NCBI RefSeq assembly: GCF_035996765.1
Contig: NZ_DASYJG010000061.1
Coordinates: 12,948 to 76,947, forward strand
Length of the DNA stretch: 64,000 bases
Direction of reading: 5' to 3'
DNA from: Baekduia sp.
GTDB taxonomy: Bacteria; Actinomycetota; Thermoleophilia; Solirubrobacterales; Solirubrobacteraceae
Position numbers and translations under genes: made by a program. This document shows, in pieces, positions 38,001-46,426 of this stretch (positions are counted from its first letter, which is position 1; every line of letters begins with the position of its first letter). The notes beneath the pieces were generated by a model that saw only the letters and a list, made by a program, of their open reading frames with translations, made no database searches and was not told where the DNA came from.

Positions 38001-39317
38001 ATTGGTGAGGCCCGTGGGCCCGGCAGTTACCGCAGCAGGAGAGGAAATCGGGGTGGCCTGGTCGCAGGCAACCGTGGAGGCGCCCGTATAGCCCTGAGAT
38101 TGGAAGGTGGCGTCGTTGGTGTAGTCGAAGTGACAGTCGGAGATGTCACCGCCGCCGGCGGGATCGAGATGGCCGTTGAGGGTCGCGGTGGTCTTCTGCG
38201 GCGCGGTCGCAGGATCGGTCGTGACGTCGGGAATCACCGAGGCCGCAAACGCGACGATCTGGTCGGCCCCGGGGTCGGCGGCGTAGATCGTGTGGTCGGA
38301 CGCATCAGCGGCGAGGGCGGTGGCGGCAGTGAGATGACCGTCGCCAAAGGAGTCGGTGGCCGGGCACCCGCCGTCGGGAGCCGGCGTGCAGCCGGTGCCG
38401 ACCACACCCCCGGAGCCGTCAAATGCGAATCGCTGCACGGAGAGGCCTTGGTTATCGAGATAGAGGCTGCCGCTGGAGGGGTCGACCGCGATACCGGTGG
38501 CAAACGAATCGCCTCCGCTCACCTGGCCGACGTCGGTGCCGTCGGAGAGGAACTTCTCGACGCTCGGCGAGCCGTTGACCTTGAAGAAGTTGCCTGAGTC
38601 ATCGACGCCGAGGCCAAGGGCCGACGTGCCGCGGGCGGTGGTGAAGTCGGTGGTGAAGGTGCCGTCCTGGGCGAAGCGGAAGAGCCGGGTGTTGGTGTCG
38701 AAGACGTTGAGGTTGCCGGTGGTGTCGATGGCGATGCCCGCGAGAGCGCCGAAGGGACCGTCCGTGGCGGTGGAGCCGTCGAGCTGACCACCGCTCCCCC
38801 AAGCGGTGGTCAGACTGCCGGCGGCATCGAACTTCTGGACCTGGTTGGTGCCGGTGTCGCCCACGTAGACATCGCCTGCGGAGGCTCCGGCGGAGTTGTC
38901 GACGGCGATGAACGTCGGGGTCGTGAACTGTCCCACGCCGGAGCCTGAGAGTCCGGCCTGGCAGGAGAGCGTGCACGTCTCGAGGGCCGGAAGGCCATCG
39001 GCGACGCCCCAGCCCCAGGCACGGATGAACGCGCCGGCCGACGAGAACTGATCGACCCGGAAGTTCGCCGTATCGGCCACGTAGATGTCATGCGTGGTGG
39101 CGTTGACCGCGACACCCGAAGGAGACGACACCTGACCGGCACCCGAACCCGCGCTCCCGAAGCTCGCCGAGAACACATGCGTCTGGAAGGCCGATGCCGA
39201 TGCCGCACCGAAGATGAGCAGCGCGAGGGCGGCGAGCGTGACAAGCCGCCCCAAACTCAGGGGGCGAAGCGACACGCCCGGCGCGGCAGCGCCGGCATCA
39301 ACCAAACAGTCAGGCAT
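35082..39317 (-). CDS. Giant secreted protein: NHL repeats, three FN3-like repeats, second beta-propeller-like region
   Basis: AAGGA RBS before ATG 39317; signal peptide; ATLNGH.D..GGGDISDCHFDY repeats; basic C-terminal domain. Confidence 0.8.
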   Translation of the reverse strand: MPDCLVDAGAAAPGVSLRPLSLGRLVTLAALALLIFGAASASAFQTHVFSASFGSAGSGAGQVSSPSGVAVNATTHDIYVADTANFRVDQFSSAGAFIRAWGWGVADGLPALETCTLSCQAGLSGSGVGQFTTPTFIAVDNSAGASAGDVYVGDTGTNQVQKFDAAGSLTTAWGSGGQLDGSTATDGPFGALAGIAIDTTGNLNVFDTNTRLFRFAQDGTFTTDFTTARGTSALGLGVDDSGNFFKVNGSPSVEKFLSDGTDVGQVSGGDSFATGIAVDPSSGSLYLDNQGLSVQRFAFDGSGGVVGTGCTPAPDGGCPATDSFGDGHLTAATALAADASDHTIYAADPGADQIVAFAASVIPDVTTDPATAPQKTTATLNGHLDPAGGGDISDCHFDYTNDATFQSQGYTGASTVACDQATPISSPAAVTAGPTGLTNATTYHFRLVAVDAQGTNRGADQTFTTSPPLDLTIAPAAPVGTTTATLNGHVDSSGGGDISDCHFDYTDDASFQANGFTGALTAPCSQASPISSPTDVSADLTGLAPGTDYHARLVATNGDGTTHTADQPFRTTGPAIGDEWSSEVGVTDAILNARINPKDSSTTYHFDYGTDTSYGQSAPASDATLGSGSQDLIATQLIAALSPATTYHYRVVSTNATGTSEGPDRFFTTRPTTSAASDTCPNAALRTTYAAYLPDCRAYEQVSPTDKNGGEAGVIVQGAEHDISRVAASGDGLAWASFANALAGSAGAQTQNTMLSRRGTTGWTTNDITPPMKFPRALISAPWFLLAFTDELDKGLTDTGPYPNLSPDATGGQNNIYLSDLSDPAHPSYQVVTPAIPNGRFAVLGGTSADLTHIVFSAPEALTPNAVPGGADNIYERVGGQLRLVNVDPSGTPIPAGNGAGGTGPYGGSSPRVVSTDGSRIFWEGLDGNLYVRENATTTTQLDASQGAGPGGGGSFYTASPDGSMVIFRAPASSALTSDTVPGSGPNLYRYDLNTGTLTDLTPAPDVQLIGFSGSSDDTSYAYFVANGDLDGAGPATPGDCDNANHGTCNLYLSHAGTTTFIARLGASDAQDWQVFDNQGGGAPTGPVVTTPDGTHFAFQSQGSLTGYDNTPATGPACGRDSDGQQFLGRCPEVYLYDATSNHLSCPSCNPTGGRPRGPSTLQIGHEGDFVGTLQHRPRDIADDGTVFFQSFDRLVSRDTNASQDVYEWAGGQAKLVSSGTSSDNAIFLDATPDGSGLFFLTRDRLAGQDVDQSFDIYDARVDGGLASQSPPPAVSCSGESCKGAPVGPPLPENAATVTFTGPGNAAPATVKAVPKVKVTHTMVSGSRFVLTVRAPGKGSITISGAGIRTIHKSFAKAGSYKVAVTLSAAGKRTLKRRHRLKLSARVGYAPAQGTASSATVALTLKNGASK

Positions 39318-39934
39318 GCAGGTCGTCCTTCTCGTGGTGTTGGTCGTGCGGGTGGAAGTCATGGGCCCTTGGGTCATCCGGCGGTGACGATCGATGGGTT
39401 GGGGGCATCGGCGCAGCGGCCAACGACATGGCCCGGGCAGCAGAGGGTGGTCCGGCGCAAGTGGCGCGCGGCCCCCGCGACGGCACGGGCCCCGTCCTGC
39501 GCGGACGAGCCTCTCGACACCTGTGTGGCGCCACGCGCCGGAAGCGCGCAGCACTTCGTGAACGCGGCGGGCGCCGCGCTCGAGACCGTCTGACCCAAAG
39601 CAGATTCCTTGCTGTCCTGTCTCGATCAGGCCGCTGCGGCCTGACGAGATGTCATCTCTCTCCCACAACGTCGATCCGAACGCCTGCGACCTCGACCCGG
39701 AGATTGAGGAACCGTCGGTGTTTTCGGAACGATTGCCGCGAGCCTAGACAAGGCAGTCTACCGATGTCAAGTACAGAGGTAACAAATGATTCCTTAGCTC
39801 CAACAAGACACGGAGAGCGCCGACTTCATCGCCCTACAGGAACGGATTAGTGGTAACCCAGGATTCCCGCTCCAATCGTCGGTCGGGAAGCCGCCTGCGC
39901 GCCCTTCCGGCCGTACCGGCTAGCGTCCCGCCCC

Positions 39935-40786
39935 ATGCGCCTCGTGACGTTCCGCGATCCCCACAGCTCGGTCCGTGTCGGCCGCCTCGACGGCGAGGGC
40001 GACGACGCGCGGGTGGTCGAGCTCGCGGCGCCCACGATGCTCGACTGGCTGCGCGGCGATGGCCACGAGCCGGCCGGGCGCGACCATGCGCTCGCCGACG
40101 TCCGGCTGCTCGCGCCGATCCCCGAGCCGCCGAGCGTCCGCGACTTCTTCGCCTACGAGGGCCACGTCGCGACGGGCGCGCGGCTGCGGGGCTCGAGCGA
40201 GATCCCGGAGGCCTGGTACGAGGCGCCCGTCTTCTACTTCTCCAACCCCGCCTCGATCCAAGGCCCGCGCGAGCCCGTGCGCCGCCCCGCGCACTGCGAG
40301 TGGCTGGACTTCGAGCTCGAGATCGCCGCCGTGATCGGCGAAGACGCCGAGATCGCCGGCTACACGCTGCTCAACGACTGGAGCGCGCGCGACATCCAGC
40401 GCCGCGAGATGACCGTCGGCCTCGGGCCCGCCAAGGGCAAGGACTTCGCGACGTCGATCGGTCCGTGGCTGGTCACGCCCGACGAGCTCCCCATCGAGGA
40501 CGGTCGCCTGCAGCTGAAGGCCACCGCGTCGCTCGGCGACCGCGAGATCACGAGCAGCGACGCCGGGGCGATGCACTGGAGCTGGCCGCAGCTCGCCGCG
40601 CACGCCGCCAAGGAGACCCGGCTCAAGCCCGGCGACGTCCTCGGCTCAGGCACGCTGAACCGCGGCTGCCTGCTGGAGCTCAACGCCGACGGCGGCATCG
40701 ACGGCGAGGTGCGCTGGCTGGCCCCGGGCGACACGGTGACCATCAGCGCGCCGGGGCTCGGCAGCCTCAGCGCGCCGATCGTCTAG
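39935..40786 (+). CDS. Fumarylacetoacetate hydrolase family protein
   Basis: RDF.A.E.H, PVFYFSN, LDFELE, NDWSARD, KGKDF, GSGT. Confidence 0.92.
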   Translation: MRLVTFRDPHSSVRVGRLDGEGDDARVVELAAPTMLDWLRGDGHEPAGRDHALADVRLLAPIPEPPSVRDFFAYEGHVATGARLRGSSEIPEAWYEAPVFYFSNPASIQGPREPVRRPAHCEWLDFELEIAAVIGEDAEIAGYTLLNDWSARDIQRREMTVGLGPAKGKDFATSIGPWLVTPDELPIEDGRLQLKATASLGDREITSSDAGAMHWSWPQLAAHAAKETRLKPGDVLGSGTLNRGCLLELNADGGIDGEVRWLAPGDTVTISAPGLGSLSAPIV

Positions 40787-40801
40787 CGCGCCGGGGCTTC
40801 T

Positions 40802-41344
40802 TCAGAACCCGAGCCCGAGCTGCGGCGCCGGGTAGCGCGGCAGGCCATCGTCGACGACCGCGAACGCCGTCAGCACATGCGGCTCCAACCCTCCGGCCGG
40901 CGCGATGTGCCAGACGGCGCCGCCGCGGGCCACCAAGACATCGGCGAGCAGCTGACGATGACAACGTCGCCAGTCGCCCTCGGCGCACATCACGGCGGTC
41001 GGCCGCGCCGCCGCCAAGGCGTCCAGCCGCGCCAGCCCACGCGCGAACTCCTCTGACGCCAGATGATCGGCGTAGCCGATGAAGGCCGGCACGTCCCAGC
41101 CGTCGTTGCCGGACCCAGGGGTCGGATCGCGGTGACCACCGAGCTCCGGGACATGCACGTAGGCGATGCCATGCGGCGCCAGCTCGACCGCCAGCGCGTC
41201 GTCATCGAAGTGCGGATGGCGCCGCGAACGCGGCCAGCGCCGCACGTCGACGACCTGCGTCACGCCGTGCTCGCCCAGCAGCGCCGCCAGACGCGCCAGC
41301 GCGTGCGACGAGTGGCCGACCGTGAAGATCGTGCGCGCGGTCAA
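40802..41344 (-). CDS. DUF488 family protein
   Basis: IFTVGHS, VDVRR.P.S, LGG.R, MCAE..W.RCHR. Confidence 0.9.
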   Translation of the reverse strand: MTARTIFTVGHSSHALARLAALLGEHGVTQVVDVRRWPRSRRHPHFDDDALAVELAPHGIAYVHVPELGGHRDPTPGSGNDGWDVPAFIGYADHLASEEFARGLARLDALAAARPTAVMCAEGDWRRCHRQLLADVLVARGGAVWHIAPAGGLEPHVLTAFAVVDDGLPRYPAPQLGLGF

Positions 41345-41346
41345 GC

Positions 41347-42282
41347 TCAGGACGCGAGCGCCAGCTCGGTGCGGCGGGCGCCGAACTCGGCGGACACCTC
41401 GACCAGCACGTCGAGCATCGCCTGCTTGGCCGGCGAGCGGAACGAGTCGGCCAACGTCGTGGCGACGATGCGCCGCACTGGCGGCCGCGCCCCGAGCGAG
41501 CGGACGATCACGTCGTCGCGCACAGCAACCAGCGCGAGGTCCGGGACGAAGGACACGCCCATCCCGGCCGCGACGAAGCCCTGGATCGCCGTGTAGTCAT
41601 CCATGTTGAACGCGATGTTGGGGGCAAAGCCGACGGCCTGGCAGGCGTTGAGGAAGATGCTGGTGTCCGGGCAGGTGCCCGACGTGCCGATCATCCACGA
41701 CTCGTCGGCGAGATCCGTCAGCTTGAGCCGCGGACGGTCGGCCATCGGATGGTCGCGCGGCAACATGATGTACATGGGATCATCGAGCAGCGCCACAGTG
41801 TCGATGCCGGGCTCAGAGCGCGTGTTGAAGCACGTCTCGATCGACAGCGCGATATCGCTCTCGCCGCCGCGCAGCAAACGCAGGGCGTCGTCGGGATCAG
41901 CCGGGCAGAGCGACAGCTCGACGCCGGGATGGCGCTCACGGAAGCGCGCGACGGCCTGGGGCATCAGCGTCGCGCAGGCGCTCGCGAACGCGGCGAGGCG
42001 CAGCCGGCCGCCGCGCAGGCCGGCGATCGCCTGCAGTTCGTCCTCGGCATCGGCCAGGCGCGCGAGGATGACGTCGGCATGGGCGACCAGCGCCCGGCCC
42101 GCGTCGGTCAGCGTGACACCGCGCGCGGAACGCTCGACCAACCGTGAGCCCGCCTCGCGCTCCAGCGCGGCGATCTGCTGGGAGACCGCCGACTGCGTGT
42201 AGGACAGCGCCTCGGCGGCGGAGGAGAACGAGCCGTGCGTGGCGACCTCGCGAAGCACACGGAGGCGACGGACATCGAGCAT
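41347..42282 (-). CDS. LysR family transcriptional regulator
   Basis: GSFSSAAEALSYTQSAVSQQIAALE. Confidence 0.95.
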   Translation of the reverse strand: MLDVRRLRVLREVATHGSFSSAAEALSYTQSAVSQQIAALEREAGSRLVERSARGVTLTDAGRALVAHADVILARLADAEDELQAIAGLRGGRLRLAAFASACATLMPQAVARFRERHPGVELSLCPADPDDALRLLRGGESDIALSIETCFNTRSEPGIDTVALLDDPMYIMLPRDHPMADRPRLKLTDLADESWMIGTSGTCPDTSIFLNACQAVGFAPNIAFNMDDYTAIQGFVAAGMGVSFVPDLALVAVRDDVIVRSLGARPPVRRIVATTLADSFRSPAKQAMLDVLVEVSAEFGARRTELALAS

Positions 42283-42294
42283 AAGCAGAACTTA
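42282..42294. promoter_or_regulatory. Putative LysR T-N11-A box
   Basis: TAAG-N5-CTTA overlapping the LysR start in a divergent promoter. Confidence 0.55.
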
Positions 42295-42341
42295 CTCCGC
42301 CGGTCACCAAATGTCATTTGTGCTGATGGGCGGAGTTCCTC

Positions 42342-42698
42342 ATGATCTTTCCCATGTCCTCCAGCACCTTCTCCCCAAACCTCCCCGCTGTGGACGCGCT
42401 CGTCATCCGCCCCGCCTACCCCGACGACGCTCCCACGCTCGCGCGCCTCGCGGCGCTCGACAGCCAGCGCCCCCTCGCCGGCTCCGCCATCGTCGCCGAG
42501 CGCGACGGCCGCATCCTCGCCGCTGTCGCCCTCGACGGCGGCCGCACGATCGCTGACCCCTTCGCCCCCACCGCCGATCTCGTCGCCCTGCTGAAGCTGC
42601 ACATTGCCGATACGGCCCGCAGCTTCGCCGGGCGCCGGGACATCCTCCGGCGTATGGGAGCGAGCACCCGGCGGCACCCTGCGCTCGCGCGCGGGTAG
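42342..42698 (+). CDS. Hypothetical protein (truncated GNAT-like N-terminus)
   Basis: IRPA.PDD...LARLAALDS..VAE.DG.I.AA..ADPF.PT; divergent from LysR. Confidence 0.7.
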   Translation: MIFPMSSSTFSPNLPAVDALVIRPAYPDDAPTLARLAALDSQRPLAGSAIVAERDGRILAAVALDGGRTIADPFAPTADLVALLKLHIADTARSFAGRRDILRRMGASTRRHPALARG

Positions 42699-42711
42699 CT
42701 GACGGGCGATA

Positions 42712-42764
42712 CGCGCCGGAGCGCCGCCGCACCCGTTCGCCGGGTGTGCGCGGCGCTCGGCGCG
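42712..42764 (+). terminator. GC-rich imperfect hairpin after the small gene
   Basis: GCGCCGGAGCGCCGCCGCACCCG-TTCGC-CGGGTGTGCGCGGCGCTCGGCGCG. Confidence 0.5.
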
Positions 42765-42780
42765 ATCAACCTTCGAGGTC

Positions 42781-42835
42781 TCGGTTGCGTGATGCAACTG
42801 ACTGCGATACGGTCCCGGTCGCCTCATGCAACTGA
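42781..42835. promoter_or_regulatory. Tandem operator-like inverted repeats upstream of the MFS gene
   Basis: TCGGTTGC-N5-GCAACTGA (42781-42801) and CCGGTCGC-N5-GCAACTGA (42815-42835). Confidence 0.6.
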
Positions 42836-42857
42836 CCGTTCTCCGAAGGGTAGGGCA

Positions 42858-44276
42858 ATGAGCCGTCGCGCTCGCGTCGCCGCCATCGTGTCGGTCGGGG
42901 TCTTCGTCGCCAGCCTCGACCTGTTCATCGTCAACATCGCGTTCCCCGACATTCAGCGCGACTTCGCCGGCACGTCGCTGGCATCGCTCTCCTGGGTGCT
43001 CAACGCCTACGCCATCGTCTTCGCCGCGCTCCTGGTCCCCGCCGGGCGCTGGGCGGATCGAACCGGGCGCAAGCGCGCCTTCCTCGGTGGCCTGGCGCTG
43101 TTCACGGTGGCCTCGGCCGCGTGTGCCGCGGCGCCGTCGATCGGCGTGCTCGTCGCCGCGCGCGTCGTCCAGGCTGCGGGCGCGGCGGTCCTGATGCCGG
43201 CCTCGCTCGGCCTGCTGCTGCCGGAGTTCCCGCCGGAGAAGCGCGGGCTGGCGATCGGCCTCTGGGCGGCGGTCGGTGGCACCGCGGCGGCGGCCGGGCC
43301 GGTCATCGGCGGCCTGCTGGTCGAGCTGTCCTGGCGCTGGGTCTTCTTGGTGAACATCCCGATCGGCATCGCGGCGATCGTCGCCGGCACGCGGGCGTTG
43401 CACGAGATCCGCGAGGAGGATGCCCCACGCCCGGACCTCGTCGGCGCGGGGCTGCTGACCGCGGCCGTGGCGACGCTGATCGGCGGGATCATCGAAGGCC
43501 CGGACTGGGGCTGGACCGATGGGCGCGTGCTCGGGCTGTTCGCTGCCGCGCTCGTGTTGTCGGTGGCCTTCGTCGTGCGCTCCGGGCGCCATCCGGTCCC
43601 GATCGTCGAGCCGGCGATGGTGAAGGTCCAGGCGTTCGCGGCAGCCAACATCGCCGGCATCTTCTTCTTTATCGGCTTCTCGGCGATGCTGCTGGGGAGC
43701 GTGCTGTGGCTGACCGAGGTGTGGGGCGAGACGGCGTTGGGCGCCGGCTTGAAGATCGCCCCGGGGCCGTCGATGGCGGCGCTCTTCGCCGTCGGCGGAG
43801 GGATTCTCAGCGGCCGGATCGGTCCGCGGGCGGTCGGCACGATCGGCGCGTTGCTCTTCGGGCTGGGCGGCGTGTGGTGGGCGACGCACCTCGGGGTGAC
43901 GGAGCACTACGCCAGCGACTACCTTCCCGGCATGCTGATCGGCGGCGCAGGTGTGGGCTTCGTGAATCCGGCACTGGCCGGCGCGGCGACGGCGCAACTG
44001 CCGCCGACGCGGCTGGCGACCGGCAGCGCCGTGCTGACGATGTCACGCCAGCTCGGCTCGGCGCTCGGCGTCGCACTGCTGGTCGCAGTGCTCGGCACGC
44101 CATCGCCGGCCAACGTCGTCGACACCTTCGACAACGCCTGGTGGATGATGGTCGCCGCCGCCTTCGCCTCGGCCGCCGCCTTTACGTTGGTTGGCTCGCT
44201 GAAGGCGCATAAGGGCAACGTGGAGGACGAGCTCGAAGCCGCCGTCGCGTCGATGGCGCCGGAGGTGGCGGCATGA
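42858..44276 (+). CDS. MFS transporter, DHA2 family
   Basis: LD..IVNIA.P, WVLNAY, GR.ADR.GRKR, WRWVFLVN.PIG. Confidence 0.92.
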   Translation: MSRRARVAAIVSVGVFVASLDLFIVNIAFPDIQRDFAGTSLASLSWVLNAYAIVFAALLVPAGRWADRTGRKRAFLGGLALFTVASAACAAAPSIGVLVAARVVQAAGAAVLMPASLGLLLPEFPPEKRGLAIGLWAAVGGTAAAAGPVIGGLLVELSWRWVFLVNIPIGIAAIVAGTRALHEIREEDAPRPDLVGAGLLTAAVATLIGGIIEGPDWGWTDGRVLGLFAAALVLSVAFVVRSGRHPVPIVEPAMVKVQAFAAANIAGIFFFIGFSAMLLGSVLWLTEVWGETALGAGLKIAPGPSMAALFAVGGGILSGRIGPRAVGTIGALLFGLGGVWWATHLGVTEHYASDYLPGMLIGGAGVGFVNPALAGAATAQLPPTRLATGSAVLTMSRQLGSALGVALLVAVLGTPSPANVVDTFDNAWWMMVAAAFASAAAFTLVGSLKAHKGNVEDELEAAVASMAPEVAA

Positions 44277-44782
44277 CGGCTATCGATGACTCGACACGCT
44301 CGCGCATCGTCTCCTGGGACGACCCCACGCCCGTCATCACCGCGAGCGCGACGCTCACCGGCCTCGAGCTGATGCGCGGGATCATGAGCGGTGAGCTGCC
44401 CGCACCGCCGGTCGCCCGGCTGCTTGGCTTCGGCATCGACCGCGTCGACGAGGGCAACGTCGTCTTCTCGATGGATCCGCTCGAAGCCCATCAGAACCCG
44501 CTGGGCACCGTCCACGGCGGGATCATCACCACCTTGCTCGACAGCGCCATGGGCTGCGCGGTCCACACGACCCTCCCACCCGGCGGCATGTACACCACCT
44601 TGGAGCTCAAGGTGAACTTCCTGCGCCCCTCCTTCGCCGGCGGCGCCCGTCTCCTGGCCGAAGGCACCGTCCTGCACCGCGGCTCGACCGCCGTGCTCGT
44701 CGAGGCGACGATCACCGACGCGGCTTCCGGCAAGAAGATCGCCCACGGCACGTCGACCTGCCTGATCTTGCCGCCGCGCTGA
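44273..44782 (+). CDS. PaaI family thioesterase
   Basis: NPLGTVHGG...TLLDSAMGCA; ATGA overlap with the MFS gene. Confidence 0.92.
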   Translation: MTAIDDSTRSRIVSWDDPTPVITASATLTGLELMRGIMSGELPAPPVARLLGFGIDRVDEGNVVFSMDPLEAHQNPLGTVHGGIITTLLDSAMGCAVHTTLPPGGMYTTLELKVNFLRPSFAGGARLLAEGTVLHRGSTAVLVEATITDAASGKKIAHGTSTCLILPPR

Positions 44783-44785
44783 GCG

Positions 44786-45553
44786 CTAGGCGAACGGCTC
44801 GAAGGGCCAGGTCATGGCGTCGGACGCGACACAGACGTCATCGCTGACGAACTCGTCCCGGTCGACGAACGCGTTGTGGTACTCGGCGATCCAGCGATAT
44901 TTCTCCCAGACACGCTTGTCGTCGCGGTGTCGGCTCAAGCGATCCACGACGCGACCACGGTGCAACTGCAAGGTCGGCACCGGATCCTCGAGCTCGTCGA
45001 ACAGCGGGCCCAAGTAGTTGATGAACGTCCAGCCGTCGCCGTCGCAGAACAGGCGGCTGCTCGGTCGTGTCACCGCCGCCTCCGCGTCGCGGCTGAGGAT
45101 CACGCGCGGGTACACCGCGTGGCGGCTCTCCAGTTCATACGCCTCGGCCAGTGCCGGGCCGAAGATCAGCCCATCGCGAATGTGGAAGTAGCCCAGGCTG
45201 AGCCCACCGCGTACGAAGAAATCGCTCTGAGAGAGCGCGAGCTGGAGCCATGCAGCCTGGCGGACCAGCCCACGGATCTCCGTGTCTTCGTCTCCAGGCT
45301 CTGTGATCGGCGCGGCGAGGACCAGCGTGTCCGAGAAGAACGCCGCGCGCCACTCCGACTCAGGGCGGAAGTAATTTCGATAGCGCCCGGTCACCGCACG
45401 ATCGAGATCGATCAGATGGCGACGAACCTGCGACACCGGCCCGCGATTCATCGCCCGGACCCCGAGCAAGTCGATGAACAAGACAGCACATCGGACAAGT
45501 CGCGGCGTGCCGCGTCGCGTGACGAACAGGTCGTCGGCCTGATGCTGCGCCAC
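44786..45553 (-). CDS. Hypothetical protein with class III nucleotidyl cyclase-like motifs
   Basis: LFIDLLG, FFSDT, VRGG...G, IFGPAL..AY.LES..A.YPRV; start uncertain. Confidence 0.65.
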   Translation of the reverse strand: MAQHQADDLFVTRRGTPRLVRCAVLFIDLLGVRAMNRGPVSQVRRHLIDLDRAVTGRYRNYFRPESEWRAAFFSDTLVLAAPITEPGDEDTEIRGLVRQAAWLQLALSQSDFFVRGGLSLGYFHIRDGLIFGPALAEAYELESRHAVYPRVILSRDAEAAVTRPSSRLFCDGDGWTFINYLGPLFDELEDPVPTLQLHRGRVVDRLSRHRDDKRVWEKYRWIAEYHNAFVDRDEFVSDDVCVASDAMTWPFEPFA

Positions 45554-45564
45554 GTCGGAGTCGG

Positions 45565-45879
45565 CTACGCGGCGTGCGGGATGTTCGCGTGACCGCACGG
45601 ACCGAGGACGTATGCCCGCGGACCGCGACTCGGCTTGTCGGCGCGCTCGATCAACCCACGCCACTCCGCCGAGGCGAGCCAGGCAGGGAGGTCCGCCAGG
45701 GCATTGCGATCATCGAGCCCCGCGGCCAGGTCGTCGAACGTCTGCGGCCGACGGGGGTCGACCAGCGGCAGAACCAAGTGGTCGTAGCGGTGGTACTCCC
45801 GCAGGTGTTCCGGATAGGTCCGGCCATCCAAGGTCCTGGGCGTGTCGGTGCCGAGGGACTGTGGATCCAGCAAGCTCAC
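45565..45879 (-). CDS. Small hypothetical protein (possibly winged-helix-like)
   Basis: Fills the gap between lrp and the cyclase-like gene; TFDDLA..WL...E.RGLIER..R.Y.LG. Confidence 0.5.
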   Translation of the reverse strand: MSLLDPQSLGTDTPRTLDGRTYPEHLREYHRYDHLVLPLVDPRRPQTFDDLAAGLDDRNALADLPAWLASAEWRGLIERADKPSRGPRAYVLGPCGHANIPHAA

Positions 45880-45915
45880 ACCTTCAGTCTGACACACCGC
45901 CTGACGGCAGTCGAG

Positions 45916-46353
45916 CTATGCCACCGGGCGCTCGAAGAGCGTCGAGAGGACGACCTGCGTGTGGGTCCGGCGGACGCCGGGCGTGTCGCGGAGGCGCTCG
46001 AGCGCTTCTTCCAAGTGCTGGGTGTCGGCGGCGCGGACGTGGAGGATCGCGCTGGCCTCGCCGGCGACCGTGTAGGCCGACTCGACCTCGTCGTGGGGCT
46101 CGATGGCCTTGCGGACCTCAGCGGCGGACATGCGGCCCTCGCAGTAGAGCGCGACGACGGCGTGGGTGTGCCAGCCCATCGCGGCTGGGTCGACGACCGC
46201 TGCGTAAGAGCGGATCACGCCCTCGGACTGCAGCTTGTCGACGCGGCGCTTGACCGCGGGCGCGCTGAGCGAGACGTGGCCGCCGATGTCCTGAAAGGAG
46301 CGACGGGCGTCCGTTCGGAGCAGCGCAACGATCTTGCGGTCTGTGTCGTCCAT
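45916..46353 (-). CDS. Lrp/AsnC family regulator
   Basis: DD.DRKI..LL..DARRSF..IG..V.LS..AV.RRV; divergent from hppD. Confidence 0.93.
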   Translation of the reverse strand: MDDTDRKIVALLRTDARRSFQDIGGHVSLSAPAVKRRVDKLQSEGVIRSYAAVVDPAAMGWHTHAVVALYCEGRMSAAEVRKAIEPHDEVESAYTVAGEASAILHVRAADTQHLEEALERLRDTPGVRRTHTQVVLSTLFERPVA

Positions 46354-46426
46354 CACCGCAGTTTATCCGCAGATACGCAACGAATCGTGGTTGAGACCGG
46401 CGTTTGACAAGCGGATCATTCCGTCC

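Noticed and set aside
39640-39665. CTGACGA as a hammerhead ribozyme core
   Set aside because: No GAAA after the putative stem II and no closing stems.
39318-39668. N-terminal extension of the 1528-aa ORF
   Set aside because: The RBS and signal peptide support a start near 39317; the extension looks non-coding.
31005-39930. Genomic island integrated at tRNA-Leu
   Set aside because: Composition looks slightly different, but no integrase or duplicated tRNA 3' end was found.
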